The notes under the pieces were generated by a model that saw only the letters and a program-made list of their open reading frames with translations, did not search any database and was not told the origin of the DNA. DNA of 62,211 nt, the filler included, from Chiloscyllium plagiosum (taxonomy: Eukaryota), in assembly GCF_004010195.1 (NCBI RefSeq). It is 3 parts of one record of this genome, joined end to end, with 100 filler letters (N's around TTAATTAATTAA, not from the genome) between each part and the next. Parts side by side here need not be neighbours in the genome. Positions count along the whole stretch, not along the records: positions 1 to 27,666 come from NC_057714.1; 2 more parts are not named here. One strand, 5' to 3'. The position numbers and the translations under genes are program-made. Positions 12,580 to 25,630 of this stretch are shown piece by piece; within the stretch, counting starts at the first letter, position 1; each line of letters opens with the position of its first letter.

Positions 12580-15500
12580 CATCGAAAGTATTTAGCTGCT
12601 TGAGGAATTTTGGCTGCAAGTTGATGAGCTACAATCCAAGCTGCAATGCGTTAGGGAGGGAAAAGGTTTCCAAGATGCTTTCTTTCCCACAAGATCATTA
12701 CTGTTCATTTAGTTTGTGGTCATAGTCAAGGGCAACAGTGCTTGACTGTAACTGAGGCAAGCATGAGAATCCAGAAAGTAGCAATGGAGGAGGTACAGCC
12801 ATTGTAATTATCACAGCTTTAAGGTTCTTGCAACCGTGTGGACAAGAGCAGGGATTTTAAGGACGTTAAGCAAACTGACCAATATTATCATGGTACAGAA
12901 ACCATTCAAGCAAGGGAATAAAAAGGAATGTGATCAAAGACAGGAATAGTACAGTTAGCGGGCAGATACAATTCTCTGCAGTTGAGAATGAGAGTTCCAA
13001 AGTCTGTGTTGCCTGTCCAGTATCAGAGTTAAGGACATCTCTATAGGTTGAGACAGGAACTTGTCGTGAGGAAGGAAGGTTGCACTTATCATTGTGCATG
13101 TGGGTACCAACTGCAGGATTTTCAGTTTGTTAGTCTGAAGGAAGATTTCAGGTTTTTGCCTTAGCTATCAGTTTAAATGGTTTCGTTTGAATTTCTGCTA
13201 GGTAGGCAATTAGCTGTTAGCTATAAGCGCTGCTTATGAGAAACTGGTCTTTTTGACATAAAGATGCCAAGGAATATGGCTTGAAGGAATTGTATCTATT
13301 GTAATTACATGGTGTGCCTCAAGATCTATTTATCAGCGTTAAAGAACTAAGTAAAAATGTTGAATTTAACCACTTGAACTGATTATGACGGCCATCTGTT
13401 AACAAGAATGATAACTGATTTTAATCAGTTTGCCAACTCTTTTGATCAGTTAACAGTATCGATAGAATAAAAGTTGTATATTTAAAAGACATACTGATAT
13501 TCTGCTGTAAACGATTGTACCTAATTGTTTTAGTTTTTTTTTAAATATCTACTGGAATGCTGAATTGAATGGATTATGCCAGTTGGCATTATTGACAACA
13601 GGATGTAACACTGTTTGCACAACTGTTTTGTATTTAAAAGAATGTGTCATTTATTCACACAATAAAGGGTTAACTCATAGGAACTGGGAAATAAGAGATG
13701 GCATTTGTTTAGCTTACATGACTCTAGTTCAATTCAGGGCTACACTAAATGACCCTCATCTTGAGCTTATGGAAAGAGTTAATTTAAAACATTTCCTCAT
13801 AAGAAGTAAGAAGCCCTTGAAATTGGAGACAAGGAAGAGAAACTCCATCCTTTTTGGAACAATTTACCGTGGCTTCAATGGTATAATTTTTCCAGGACAC
13901 AGTTCAACATAATCTCACTTCAGAGACAGTAGAAAAAAGGCAAGAAGATTGATGGCATCTTTCAACAAATCCTGGGTCTTGAAGAATAAGAAACCTCCAT
14001 GTTCTCTTCACTGCTTGTTTGTTGAGTAATTATAAAATCTTGCTCAGTAAATTCTAATTGATTCATGACATTGGTTATTTACATCAAATTAGGTCAGGCA
14101 CAACTAAGGACTCCCACAGTCATAAATCAAAATTTCGGAAATTAGAGTTGTAAGTCAAAAGGTTTTCTACCACAAACCCCTAAACTGTAGTGGGAGGGGA
14201 AGGGTCTAGTTGTTGTAGTGCACATGGGCACCAACATCATGGATAGGATTAAGAAAGAGATTCTGCTGATGGAGTATATGCTGCTAGAATCAGAAAGGAA
14301 GAACCACCATGGTAAACTTTGAATCTTTGGGTTACTACCTGAATCACAAGCAAATTGACATGGGCTAACTAAAGTTAAAGAGTTGAAGCAGTGGCTCAAA
14401 GATTAGTGTGGGAGAAATATGTTGCAATTCATTGGATACCGACACTAGTACTAGGGAAGGAGCGAGTGCTACTGTTGGGATGGCCTCACCCAAAACACTA
14501 GGGCCAACATCTATTGGGCTGAAAAGAGCAATTCATTTTAAATAGCAGAGTTCACGTGAGAGGAGATTTGAAATTTTAAGATAAAGAACGAGGTGGTAGT
14601 GCAAGATTATGATGTGAGTAATGATAACCAGAATGTGACAGGAAGAGACAGAGTGTAGAAACTAAATGTGCACAGGTACAATTAATATTGGAACAGGAAA
14701 ACATTGTAAAAGACAGAATTAAAGGGTCTGTAATAAGGTGGACAAATTAATAACAAATAGAAATGAATGGATTTGACATGCTAGCCATTCCAGAGATAAT
14801 GCTGTAAAGTGACCACAGCCGGGAGTTGGACATTTAAGGATATTTGACATGTTGAAAGGGTCGGAAGAAAGTGAAAGTAGGGGTGGTGGCTCCGTTAGTG
14901 ACAAATGAAAATCAAGACAGTAGCAAGAAAGGATTTTGATTTAGAACTTCAAACATGTACAAGTAGTTCTGGTGGCAATAAGGAATAGCAAGTCACTGGA
15001 AGGAACAGTTTATAGAATTTCAGAGTAGTTACACTATCAGACACAGTATAAATCAAGAAATAATAGGCACTTATAAGAAAGGCACTGCAATCATTATTTT
15101 TGGTTTCAATCTTTAAATAGATTGGACAAATGAAATTAGCAAACACAAGCCCAGAAGAGGAGCTCATATGGTGCATTTGGGACAGTTCTCTCTGGGACCA
15201 ACTTATTTCAGGCCTGGCAATATGTAATGAAACAGGATTAATTAATGATCTCAGAGAAAATGACCCGCTTGGTAAGAGCAATCATAAGATGATAGAATTT
15301 CTCATTCAGGTTAGCAGGATATTTTGGTTTGATCCGTCTTATAGACTTAAATAAAGATAACTACAAAGATACAAAGACTGACATTATTTAATGTCAAAAA
15401 GATTTCATACATAGATGTAGAGAAGCAGTGATAAACATTTAAGGAGATATTTCATAAAACTCAAAAAAACAAATTCCATTGAGTAGGAAAGGCTCTAATA

Positions 15501-16230
15501 GAAGGAAGAATCATCCCTGGCTAAATAAGGAAGTTAATAGTGGTATCAAATTGAAATAAAATGCTAAATGTGGTAGGCATTGGAGTATGTGACAAAAACA
15601 GCAATCAAATATGCTACAAAGAGATAAAGGGTGTCATTGAGTGTTGGTCCTTTAGAGGATAAGATCAAGGAATTAAAAATGGGAAACTGAAATAGCAGAG
15701 GCTTTGCAGAAATATATTTTCTCTGTCTTCATAACAGAAATCCTGAAAAGCATCCCAAGAATAGCAGAAAAGGAGGGGGGAAGAAATGGAGAGAGAGGAA
15801 ATTAAACAATCACAATCATTTGAGAAAATGTACTAGCGAAACTAAATAGATTGAAGTCTGACAAGTTCTGTGGACCTGATGGCCTATATAAAAGAAGAGT
15901 TTTCAGAGATATTGAATATATTGGTTGAAATTCTCTCCAGTCTTGAAAGACCCCAATGGACTGAAAGCCATAAATGTAACACCACTATTCGAGAAGAGTT
16001 GGAGACAGAAAACAGAACGTTAGAGTCAGTTAATCCAACAACCAGCATTTGGAAAATGAGGGAATCCATTATTCAGAAGCTGAACAGTTAAAGAATACAA
16101 TTGAAGTGGAGTTAAACAGATATGGGATAAGGCAGGAGAGTGGAATTAAAGGCACAATTGGATCAGTTACAATCTCATTAAATGGTGGATCAGGCTCAAG
16201 GAAAGGAATGGACTATTCCTGGTCCATTTC
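12580..16230 (+). mobile_element. Highly decayed CR1 LINE pieces (ORF1 esterase, ORF2 endonuclease/RT), interrupted at about 13110-14100
   Basis: VHVGTN/VHMGTN esterase-like motifs at about 13095 and 14220; ORF 15130-15354 (..CNETGLINDLRENDPLGKSNHKMIEF) resembles CR1 APE; the 3' tail lies near 16150-16230. Confidence 0.65.
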
Positions 16231-16926
16231 TTGGTGTTCATCTAGAATTTTTGCAAGCAATCATCTGCAAGCTGAGAAGCAGAACCGAACTCAAATGATA
16301 CTCACAGTGAGTATAGCTAGAGAGATCTCTGTCAATAGCTTAATAGGTAAATAACTTACCCGTAACCAACAGAGCTAGAAGATCCTTAGATTAATTTCTA
16401 TTTTCTGCTGTGACAGTAAATCTCAGCTGGATTCACAGCAGGCTGCTAGAATTATTCGGGTAAGATTAGGGAAATAAAAATCAGTCAGTACCTTTGCTTC
16501 TGACTAGCAACTCAGTTTATGGATGTGGGTGTGGATTTGATAGGAACAAATGTCAAGCTGAAGCCAATAACAGGCACTGAGGTACAGATCAGCTGTGATC
16601 TTGTAGAATGGTGGAGCAGACTAAAAGGGCTGAATGGATTCTTATGAAAGAGGCTCAACTGTGACAACTGTCAGAGTAAAATTACCAATGGCAGAGAAAT
16701 AAAGCAAGGAAGAGTATCTGAGGCAAGTATCAATGGACTCTTCCATTCATGGAATCGTCATCAGTCTGGACAAGAAGGAAATCAAAATTCTAAAAGAGAA
16801 ATATCAATGTTTTTACTTTTATATCAAGCTATACTCAAGACAGTGATTCACAGACTGAAGGAAGACAGGAGGCAACTTAAAACAGTGATTTAAATTGAAC
16901 CGCGTAGAAGAAGGGATCTGTTTTAC

Positions 16927-17465
16927 CTGACAAATTCGGTCAGCTGTGGCAGAGCATTCAGCCACCTGGAAAAACCCGGCCGGGCACATGGTACACCTTT
17001 CACACTGGGGCGGCATCTTCTGGAAATCACAGTATTCGTCACGTTGGCACAAATTACACTCCAGAAGGTGATCAGTGATATCAATCACCTTTGCATCCAA
17101 GTCCACTTTGTGCACAGCATAGGTCTTTTGCAGTTGACTCTGTATGTGACTCTGCAAACCCTGAAGTTGAGACTCAAACTGGTTCCGGACCTCGGCCTGC
17201 ACGTTCGAAAGTGATGTCTGCTTAATGGTATCGAAGAGCATTGAGTACTGGACTTTCACCAGCTCCATCTGTTCAAACATATTCCTCTGCTGTGCCAGAA
17301 TTTCTCTTTGCTGGTTTATCAACATGGCTTGTTGCTCAGTAAGCCTCTGCTGCAAATCAGTGATTGTTTTCTGCTGACTCTTCAGCATTTCCACAAATTT
17401 CTCTTGTCCCTTCGATAGCTGGAGCTGCAAGATCAAGGCATCTTCAGACGGCACCTCATTGTCAC
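16927..17465 (-). CDS. Uncharacterised secreted protein, exon encoding a Gln-rich coiled coil and TNFR-Cys repeat 1
   Basis: Acceptor ttcattgtgtttcag|GT GAC AAT GAG GTG CCG (phase 1); donor TGT CAG|gtaaaa (phase 0). Heptad-rich QQKTITDLQQRLTEQQAMLINQQ.., then CQRDEYCDFQKMPPQCERCTMCPAGFFQVAECSATADRIC, which fits the TNFR/NGFR cysteine pattern. Confidence 0.92.
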
Positions 17466-17664
17466 CTGAAACACAATGAAAGTGTAGCCATCAGTACACG
17501 GGCAGCTCTGCTAAATCTTCCCCATCCTCTCAACTTGCATACCAATCACTGACACCCAGACCCAACGGCTTCTCCTGAATGTTCTACTACAGGGTTCTTC
17601 AAAACACTAAGGGATACAGAATCAAAATTAAAATATACCCATTTCCATGACAACTTTTGACAAA

Positions 17665-19950
17665 CTGATAGTGAGAGTCCAGAGACAGTATGTTCCTGTT
17701 AGGGTGAAGGGCAAGGCTGGTAGGTGGAGGGAATGCTGGATTACTAGAGAAATTGGGGCTTTGGTCACGATAAAGAAGGAAACATATGTCAGATATAGAC
17801 AGCAGAGATCGAGTGAATCCTTAGAAGAGTATAAAGGCAGTAGGAATATATGTAGGAGGGAAATTAAGAGGGCAGAAAGGCGACTTGGGATAGCTTTGGC
17901 AAATAGGGTTGAGGAGAATCCAAAGAGATTTTATAAATACATGAAGGACAAAAGGGTAACTAGGGAGAGAAGAGGGTAACTAGGGAGAGAATAGGGCCCT
18001 TTCAAAATCAGCAAGGCCACCTTTGTGTGGAGCTGCAGGAGATGGGAGAGATACTAAACAAGTATTTTGCATCAGTGTTTACTGTGGGGGAGGATATGGA
18101 AAATACAGAATGTGAGGAAATAAGTAGCGACATCTTAAAAAATGTCTATAATACAGTCGAGGAGGTGCAGGATAGCTTAAAACACAAAGGTGGATAAATC
18201 CCCAATTCCTGATCAGGTGTATTGCAAAAATCTGTTGGAAGCTAGGGAAGTGATTGCTAGGCTAGAGTGGTGCTGGAAATGCACAGCACGTCAGGTAGCA
18301 TCGAGGAGAAGGAAAATCGGTGTTTCGGGCAGAAGCCCTTCATCAGGAATTCCTGAAGGGGTCCTGCCCGAAATGTTGATTTTCCTGCTCCGCTATGCAT
18401 TTCCAGCACCACTCTAATCTTGACTCTAATCTCCAGTATCTGCAGTCCTCACATTCGCCTAAGTGATTGCTGGGCCCCTTGCTGAGATATTTGCATCATC
18501 GATAGCCATAGGTGAGGTGCCAGAAGATTGGTTGTTGGCTAATGTGGTGCCACTATTTAAGAAAAAAGTGATAAGGAAATGCCAGGAAATTATAGACTGG
18601 TGAACAAGAGATAGGTGGTGTGCAAATTGTTGGAGGGAATCCTGAGGGACAGGATTTACACGTATTTGGAAGGGCATGGACTGATTACGGATAGTCAACA
18701 TGGCTTTGTGTGTGGGAAATTGTGTCTCACTAACATGATTGAGTTTTTCGAAGAAGTAATGGAGAGGATTGATAAGGGCAGAGCGGTGAATGTGATTTAT
18801 ATGGAGTTCAGTAAGGCATTCGACAAGGTTCCCCATGGGAGACTGATTAGCAAGGTTAGATTTCATGGAATACAGGGAGAACTAGCCATTTGGATACAGA
18901 ACTGGCTCAAAGGTAGATGACAGAAGGTGGTGGTCAAGGGTTGCTTTTCAGACTGGAGGCCTGTGATCACAAGGAGTGGTGCTGGGTTCACTGTTTTTCA
19001 TCATTTATATAAATGATTTGGATGCGAGTTTAGGAGGTATAGTTAGTAAGTTTGCAGATGACACCTAAATTGGAGGTGTAGTGGACTATGAAGAAGGTTA
19101 CCTCAGATTACAATGGGCTCTTGATCAGATGGGCCAATGAGCTGAGGAGTGGCAGATGGGAGTTTAATTCAGACAAATGTGAAGTGCTGCATTTTAGAAA
19201 TGCAGATCAGGGCAGTACTTACACTTTTAATGGTAAGGTCCTGGGTGTGTTGCTGAACAATGAGACCTTGGAGTGCAGGTTCATAGTTCCTTTAAAATGG
19301 AAACATAGGTAGATAAGATAATGAAGAAGGTGTTTGGTATGATTTCCTTTATTGGTCAATGCATTGAGTACAGGAATTGGGAGGTCATATTGGAGCTGTA
19401 CAAGACAATGATTAGGCCTCTTTTGGAATACTGCATGCAATTCTGGACCCCTTCCTATCGGAAAGATGTTGTGAACTTGAAAGGGTTCAGAAAAGATTTA
19501 CAAGAATGTTGCCAGGGTTGGAGGATTTGAGCTATAGGGAGAGGCTGAACAGGTTGGGGCTGTTTTCCCTCGAGCATTGGCGTCTGAGGAATTACCTTAT
19601 CTCGGTTTATAAAATCATAAGGGACATGGATAGGGTAAATAGACAAGATCTTTTCCCTGGGGAGTCCAAAACTAGATGGCATAGATTTAAGGTGAGAGGG
19701 AAAATATTTAAAAGGGACCTAAGGGGCAACATTTTCACACGGAGTGTGGTGCGTTTATGGAATGAGCTGCCAGAGGAAGTGGTGGAGACTGGCACAATTA
19801 CAACATTTAAAATGCATCTGGAAGGGTATATGAATAGGAAGGGTTTGGAGGGATATGGGCCAGGTGCTGGCAAATGAGACTAGATTTATCTAGGATATCT
19901 GGTCAGCATAGACGAGCTGTTTCCATGCAGTACATCTCTATGACTCCATG
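17665..19950 (+). mobile_element. 5'-truncated CR1 (HER1-like) LINE with frameshifted RT
   Basis: ORFs 17647-17979, 18615-18920 (QHGF..CLTNMIEFF..FSKAFDKVPH) and 19506-19877; FADDT at about 19051; CTCTATGACTCCATG tail. Confidence 0.9.
18259..18460. mobile_element. Penelope-derived fold-back insertion inside CR1, with 11-bp TSD
   Basis: Inverted arms around TCAGGAATTCCTGA; TSD AAGTGATTGCT at 18248-18258 and 18461-18471. Confidence 0.8.
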
Positions 19951-20429
19951 GATTGCTGGATTTAAGTTTATAAAAAAGCTTATAGAAATAAATTAACATT
20001 TCATTGAAATTTACATTTCCCAGCTTTAAGCAGAGTTTCAGAAGGTCTCCACTGGAAGCATAGCTGATGTTAGTTAATTAAGGAGATTAGTTGAGTTTCA
20101 CCTTGTCTTTTTCTTTCAGAAATGTAAAGGTAATAGCATCTCAGTGTGATTGTGCACCGAGTGTGACATTGAACAGAGTTCTCAGAGTTGGGTGATTAAG
20201 GGAGTTAAGTAAGTTGCTTGTTTTAAAAGAAACTTTTCACCCTGTAGGGATTGCTTTTACTTTGCTACAGGGAAGAAGCCAGATATTTGTTGAGTATCTG
20301 GTAAACAGTTTAAATGTTTATGCTATCGGGCTTTGTTTGGAAAAAAAAGACACATTTTGTTCATTATCTTGCGCTCATCAGGACAATTTGTAAGGGGAGG
20401 GGAGATAAGGAAACTGGTGAAATCGCTCA

Positions 20430-20757
20430 CGTGTTCACCAGTTTCCTCATTCCACGCACCACCCCCCCCCCCCCCACCTTATCCCAGTTCAAACCTTCCA
20501 ACTCGGCACTTCCCTCATAACCTGTCCATCTTCCTTCCCATCTATCCGCTCCACCCTCCCCTCCAACCTATCACCTTTACCCCCACCTCCATCAGCCTAT
20601 CACACTCTCAGCTATCTTTCCCCCAGACCCATTTATCTCACCATCCCCTCGGCTCACAACCTCATTCCTGATGAAGTGCTTTTGCCTGAAATGTTGATTC
20701 TCCTGCTCCTTGGATGCTGCCTGACCTGCTGTGTTTTCCAGCAAAACACTCTCGACA
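20430..20757 (+). mobile_element. Penelope-like element 3' end with hammerhead-like core
   Basis: C-rich 3' region, then ATTCCTGATGAAGTGCTTTTGCCTGAAATGTTGATT and the shared terminal repeat. Confidence 0.7.
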
Positions 20758-20869
20758 AAATGGAGAAAGTTAGTCAAACAATTTATGCCAGGAGGTGGGC
20801 ACACCCATTATTTAATTTGGTCAGTGGTCAAGGACAGGAAGGTGTGACTGCAAGCGAGGCTGGTAACAT

Positions 20870-21300
20870 ATCAAGAAAGACTGGATCGACTGGGCTTGTA
20901 CTCACTGGAATTTAAAAGAATGAGGGAGCATCTCATTGAAACATAAAATCCTGATGGGACTGGTCAGGCTAGATGCGTGAAGAATATTCCTGATGTTGGG
21001 GAAGTCCAGAACCAGGCGTCACAGTCTGAGAATAAGGGGTAGACTAAGAAGAGGAAGAATTGTGAACCTGAGAGTTGTGAACCTGTGGAATTCTCTACCA
21101 CAGGAAGCTGTTGGGACCAGTCATTGGGTATATTCAAGAAGGAGCTGGACATGGCCCTTGTGGCTAAAGGAATTCAGACATTGGGGACAAAGTAGGATTG
21201 GGATACAGAAATTGCACAATCAGCCACGATTATATTGAACGGTGATGCAGGCTTGAAGGGCCAAATGGCCTACTCCTGAACCTATTTTCTATTTTTCTTT
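20870..21300 (+). mobile_element. CR1 LINE 3' end
   Basis: ORF 20993-21238 (SRTRRHSLRIRG..RVVNLWNSLPQEAV) is a CR1 ORF2 C-terminus; GAAGGGCCAAATGGCCTACTCCTG tail. Confidence 0.8.
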
Positions 21301-21329
21301 GTCAAGGAGCACAACAGTGTCGGCCTTTA

Positions 21330-22650
21330 ATCAATAGGTTTGAGGCTTTTTCAGCTTCTCTAGATGAGGATGAAGGCTGCCGGATAGATGAGCTAACTGA
21401 CCATGGCACTGTGATACAGAAAGACATTAATGTTGGGAGGGGGCCTAGCAAAAAGGCATATAGCAGGGTATAGCATATTGAGAGAGACTAACACTGGTCT
21501 CTGCAGCTAGAAGTGCAAATCCAGATGCCAATGTTACCTGCCAGGTTATAGGGGTCAGGACACTTGCTTAGGCTGGACAGAAACTCAGTGGAGGGGAAGG
21601 ATTCAGTCATTGTGGTGTCTGTAGGTACCAGTGACAGAGGTAGGACTGGGAATGAGGTTCTGCTTAGACAGTAAGGATCAGAATTTGGAACCAAATTGAA
21701 GAGATTCCGAAGGTGGTGAATTCTAGCATAATAATCTCATGATCGTTACCTCAGCCATGTGCCATTGGGAGAGGGAATCTAAGATTAGTGAAATTCATGG
21801 ATCTCCAAGACTGGTGTGGGAGAAATGGGTTCCAGTTCATGGGGCACTGGGATTAGTGCTGGGGAATGTAGATACTATTGGAACAGTCAGTATCTGAACT
21901 GGACTGGGACCAATGTCAGAAAAAACATAAGCTAGGAAAGCAGAGAGAACTTTAAACTAAACATTGCGGTTAAGAAGTCAAGCCTGACTCAAATGTAGGT
22001 AATTAAGGGGTGCAAACAAAGTAGTAATATGGGAAATAAAGGAAAGAGAATGGCATGAAGGGACAGAGATATTAAACCTAGGAACACACCTACAATTGAG
22101 ACCAAATGTTACAATGATAACAAAAAGACAAAACCAAATGTTTTGTAAAGGAATGTGTGTAGCATTCAGAACAAAGTAAATAAATTGATGGCACACATTG
22201 ATGTAAATAAGTATGATCAGATAGCCATTACAGAGATATTGCTGCAGGAGGGTTCTTAAATATTGAGGAGTATGTGACATTAAGGGAGAATAAGAAACTG
22301 GGTAAAGGTGGAGAGGAAGCACTGTTCATCAAAATGTCATTGGTGCAATAGTTAGGAAAAACCTTGTTTCAGGAGATTAGGATGCAAAAACCAATTTAGC
22401 TGAAGATGGGTAATAATAAGGGAAAAGAATTCACCAGTGGAAGTGATGCCCAGGTCTTCAAACAATAACCACAATGTAGAACGAAGTATACAAGAAGAAA
22501 TGTTGGGTGCTTGTGATAAAGGGACTGAAACAATCATTGCTGTATTTGAATCTACATATAAACTAAGAAAATCAGTTTGGCAATGGCAGCCTGGACGAGG
22601 AGTTCGCAGAATGCTTTTAAGATATTTTCTTATAACAGCACATTTGGAAC
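21330..22650 (+). mobile_element. Decayed CR1 ORF1/ORF2 5' region
   Basis: Esterase-like remnants (GTAGGTACCAGTGAC) and APE-like AITE/GDF-region remnants. Confidence 0.5.
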
Positions 22651-23242
22651 TGAAAGCACATCTCCAGAAACTACAAATTTCCATCTTGAATATACCGAAT
22701 GACTGAGCTTCTACAACTTTCTGCAATAGAGAATTTCAAATAGTCACCACCCTCCAACAACAGATATTTCTTCTCACCTCAGTCTTAAATGGCCTATCCC
22801 TTATTTCAATTGTGACCCTAGTTCGAGAAGCCCGAGGCAGGGAAATACCCCATTTACATCCACCCTCTACTGCCCTCTAAGAATTTTGCAAGTTTCAATA
22901 TGATCACCTCTCATTCTTCAAAATTCTAGATAATACAAGGCCAGCTTCCTTAGCCTTTGAAAACAATACTGAGGTGTAGACTGCTGAACTTCTGTTGCAT
23001 CCTCTCTATGGAATGTACATCCTTCCTTTTATAGGAAGACCAAAACTCGAGTGATCTAATTAAGGCTCTATACAATACAGCAAGAAATCTTTACTAGAGC
23101 ACTCAAATCCTCTTGTGATGATTAAGGTCAACTTATAATTTACCTTCCTAATTGCTTACTGTATCTACATGTTAGCTTTTAATGATTCATGGGCAAGGAC
23201 CCCCAAAAACCTTTGGACACCTGGTGTTCCCAACCTCACACC

Positions 23243-23505
23243 AGAATCATAGAAACCCTACAGAGTGTGGAATCAGGCCTTTTGGCCCATTAAATCAATG
23301 TCCATCCTCTGTAGCGCATCCCACCCTCTACCCTATTACCTTGCATTTCCCATAAGTAATCCAGCAAACTTGCACATCTTTCGACTTGGGGAGGAAACCA
23401 GAGCACTTGCAGGAAATGGGGAGAATGTGTAATTTCCACACAGAGGCTGGAATTGGACCTGGGTCCCTGGCGCTGTGAGGCATCTGTCTAACCACTGAGC
23501 CACCA
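23243..23505 (-). mobile_element. HE1-like tRNA-derived SINE
   Basis: Head GGTGGCTCAGTGGTTAG...GGTCCAATTCC (A/B-box-like); CR1-type tail; similar to 37194-37515. Confidence 0.75.
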
Positions 23506-23624
23506 TTTCAGAAATAATTCTTTTTTTTTCTTGCCAATCAAATTTCACATCCGCCATTTTATTTCCCATTCTCTTAACATGTCCAAGTCTGTTTGAAGCC
23601 TCCATGTACCCTCTTCACAAAATA

Positions 23625-23843
23625 TAGTCACTTCTGCTATAACACTGTAGTTCTGTTCTCGTGCAACCCCATGTTATTAAAAAAAAAAGGAAAAGCAGCA
23701 CCATTTAAACTAATGGGGCCAAATGTGTTATAACCAATTCACGCTTTGAAAGTTTGTGCTCTAGAAATAGTGTTCCCAATTCGTCAATCATGTTATAGCG
23801 AATCCGCATTAATGAAACGTGTGTTATAGCAAAAAAGCCGATA
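23625..23843. mobile_element. Tc1/mariner (Tigger/pogo-like) MITE
   Basis: Imperfect TIRs ..CTTCTGCTATAACAC / GTGTTATAGCAAAAAAG.. flanked by TA on both sides. Confidence 0.6.
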
Positions 23844-25183
23844 TATTCCTAGCTAGTTTTGTGTCATCAGCAAATTTGAAAATCCATCACAATAGTTAAT
23901 TGTGTGCTGTGATTTAATTATTGCCTTTACTGAACTTCATGTCTAAAACCCACAACATAGTGACAGACTTTTAATCGTTTCCATATTGAGGATGGCATAT
24001 AAAATATCAAATCATCCCAAGATTTTTGCACCTTTCACCAAGAATCTTGAAAATCCTAGATCTCAGCCTTATATTTCCTCAGCTTTATGTGCTTCAGACA
24101 CATTAAGAAATTAAGCAACATTTTCCATTCTGCTGTTACTCCGCAGTGCATGCATGCCTGAAGCAGTGATGAACGACACACAAATTTTAAGAGGCAGATT
24201 ATCTTTCCACCCTTGGGTATAACAGACCAGAGGAGCATCAGGCAGCAATTTAACATGAGGATCCAAGATCTTGAGACCAGATGGTCCACCACAGTTTCTT
24301 TACTAAAAATAAGAACCACCCAAGTCTTCGCTTACCCATATGCATAAGCAATTAAAGATGTACTCTTGATTCTTCAGAAAAAAAGGGATCTGTATTACAG
24401 CGTGGAGCCAAAAGGACAGTGTCCAATATCTTAAAGAAAGTGTCAAAAATGAAATTTGCTTTGAGTGTAATTTTCTTTTCTAAAGTAGGGATTGCTTTAA
24501 ATTACTTGCTTAAGGGAGCTGGGAGCTAAATCATCAAATATGCAGGAGGTGGCTCAAGTGGTTTCAATGATGATAACAGCCAAATGTTACCTGCATTTCC
24601 ATTAGCAGCACTGCCACAACAGCAATGTCGTTGACCTGCATTCTTTTCTGATTGTGGACACAGCAATGCTAACAATTTGCTCCGTTCTGAACACAATACA
24701 GGCTCGAAAGCCGATTTAGGTGTCTTTTCTCACTTGTTTTAGTTTTAACAAAGTGCCTCCTCCAAAACTGGATGGGCATCTGCCACTGCAAAACGTCTCT
24801 CTCTCCAGAAAATGCATGAAAATACAATTAACCAGTCCAAGAATCTGGAAGGATGGTCTTTAAATACTGCCAAGTCCTGGGAGTAAAGTTGCAGCATGGA
24901 CATTTACCCATAATATAACAACCTAATCAAGATAACATGAATGAAGGCAGTACTTGGCAGATATGTCATATAGAAATTGAATCAGTCACAAAGTGGATAC
25001 AATCCCAATGCAGCACATCACATGTGCTCAAGACCACAAACTTGTCTGTCTCACTTATTACCTCAAGAATTATGTGCCAATGGCTGTGTTACAGCCAACT
25101 CATGGATATGAGAGCTTGACCAGTCCATGGGTTTAATTTAGAGAGAATACAGCAATAAATTAAGTATAATAGTTGAATCTTAC

Positions 25184-25243
25184 CTCTCTGATGGTGGCCC
25201 TTTAACAATCCATTTAAGGACTGAAAGTTTGAATGTTCAGCAT
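25184..25243 (-). CDS. Uncharacterised secreted protein, candidate 60-nt exon 2
   Basis: gtttcttcag|AT GCT GAA...AGA G|gtaaga is a symmetric phase 1-1 exon and open: (N)AEHSNFQSLNGLLKGHHQR(G). Confidence 0.55.
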
Positions 25244-25542
25244 CTGAAGAAACTGACTTCTCATGCATGGTACAATCTTGCAGTCAAATGTTTCCAAAGG
25301 ACATGTCAAACAGACTTTAAGCCTTTATTCATATGTATGCACAAAAATCATTCACCTGTTTCAGGCACAAGTCCTGGATATTTTTGGAGATGCTTTAATC
25401 AATATGGGAAATGGAGTATCAATGTCATAAATAAATAACACGTACTTCCTTCCATATTAGCCCATATTGTGCCACAAATGGCCACTGTTCAAATTTACAA
25501 GATTTAGAGGCTACAGCACAATGTTCAAGTAAAATGCCTCAC

Positions 25543-25630
25543 TTTCACAGGCTGACTCTTGAAAGGTCATGGAGACAAGAATCAGGAGACTTTGGATTTT
25601 ACAAATATGTTGCAGATTTGACCTCATCAT
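25543..25630 (-). CDS. Uncharacterised secreted protein, candidate first coding exon (signal-peptide-like)
   Basis: ATG ATG AGG...TGT GAA A|gtgagg gives MMRSNLQHICKIQSLLILVSMTFQESACE. The phase-1 donor is what the downstream exons require; the hydrophobic core is short. Confidence 0.55.

Larger units (their letters stand above)
22655..23890 (-). mobile_element. Decayed CR1 RT fragment interrupted by a SINE and a MITE
   Basis: Minus-strand FADDTKL at about 23850-23875; CR1 C-terminal similarity at 22660-22950. Confidence 0.6.

Noticed and set aside
16819..16926. C-terminal 35 aa of the 211-aa ORF (VKQIPSS...)
   Set aside because: Read-through past a strong CAG|GTAAAA donor; the spliced continuation to 8493 gives a coherent EGF motif.
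24590..24790. Alternative upstream exon for the uncharacterised gene (CAG|GTAAC donor near 24590)
   Set aside because: The phase-1 frame has no convincing start or signal peptide; the 25630/25243 pair fits better. Not fully excluded.
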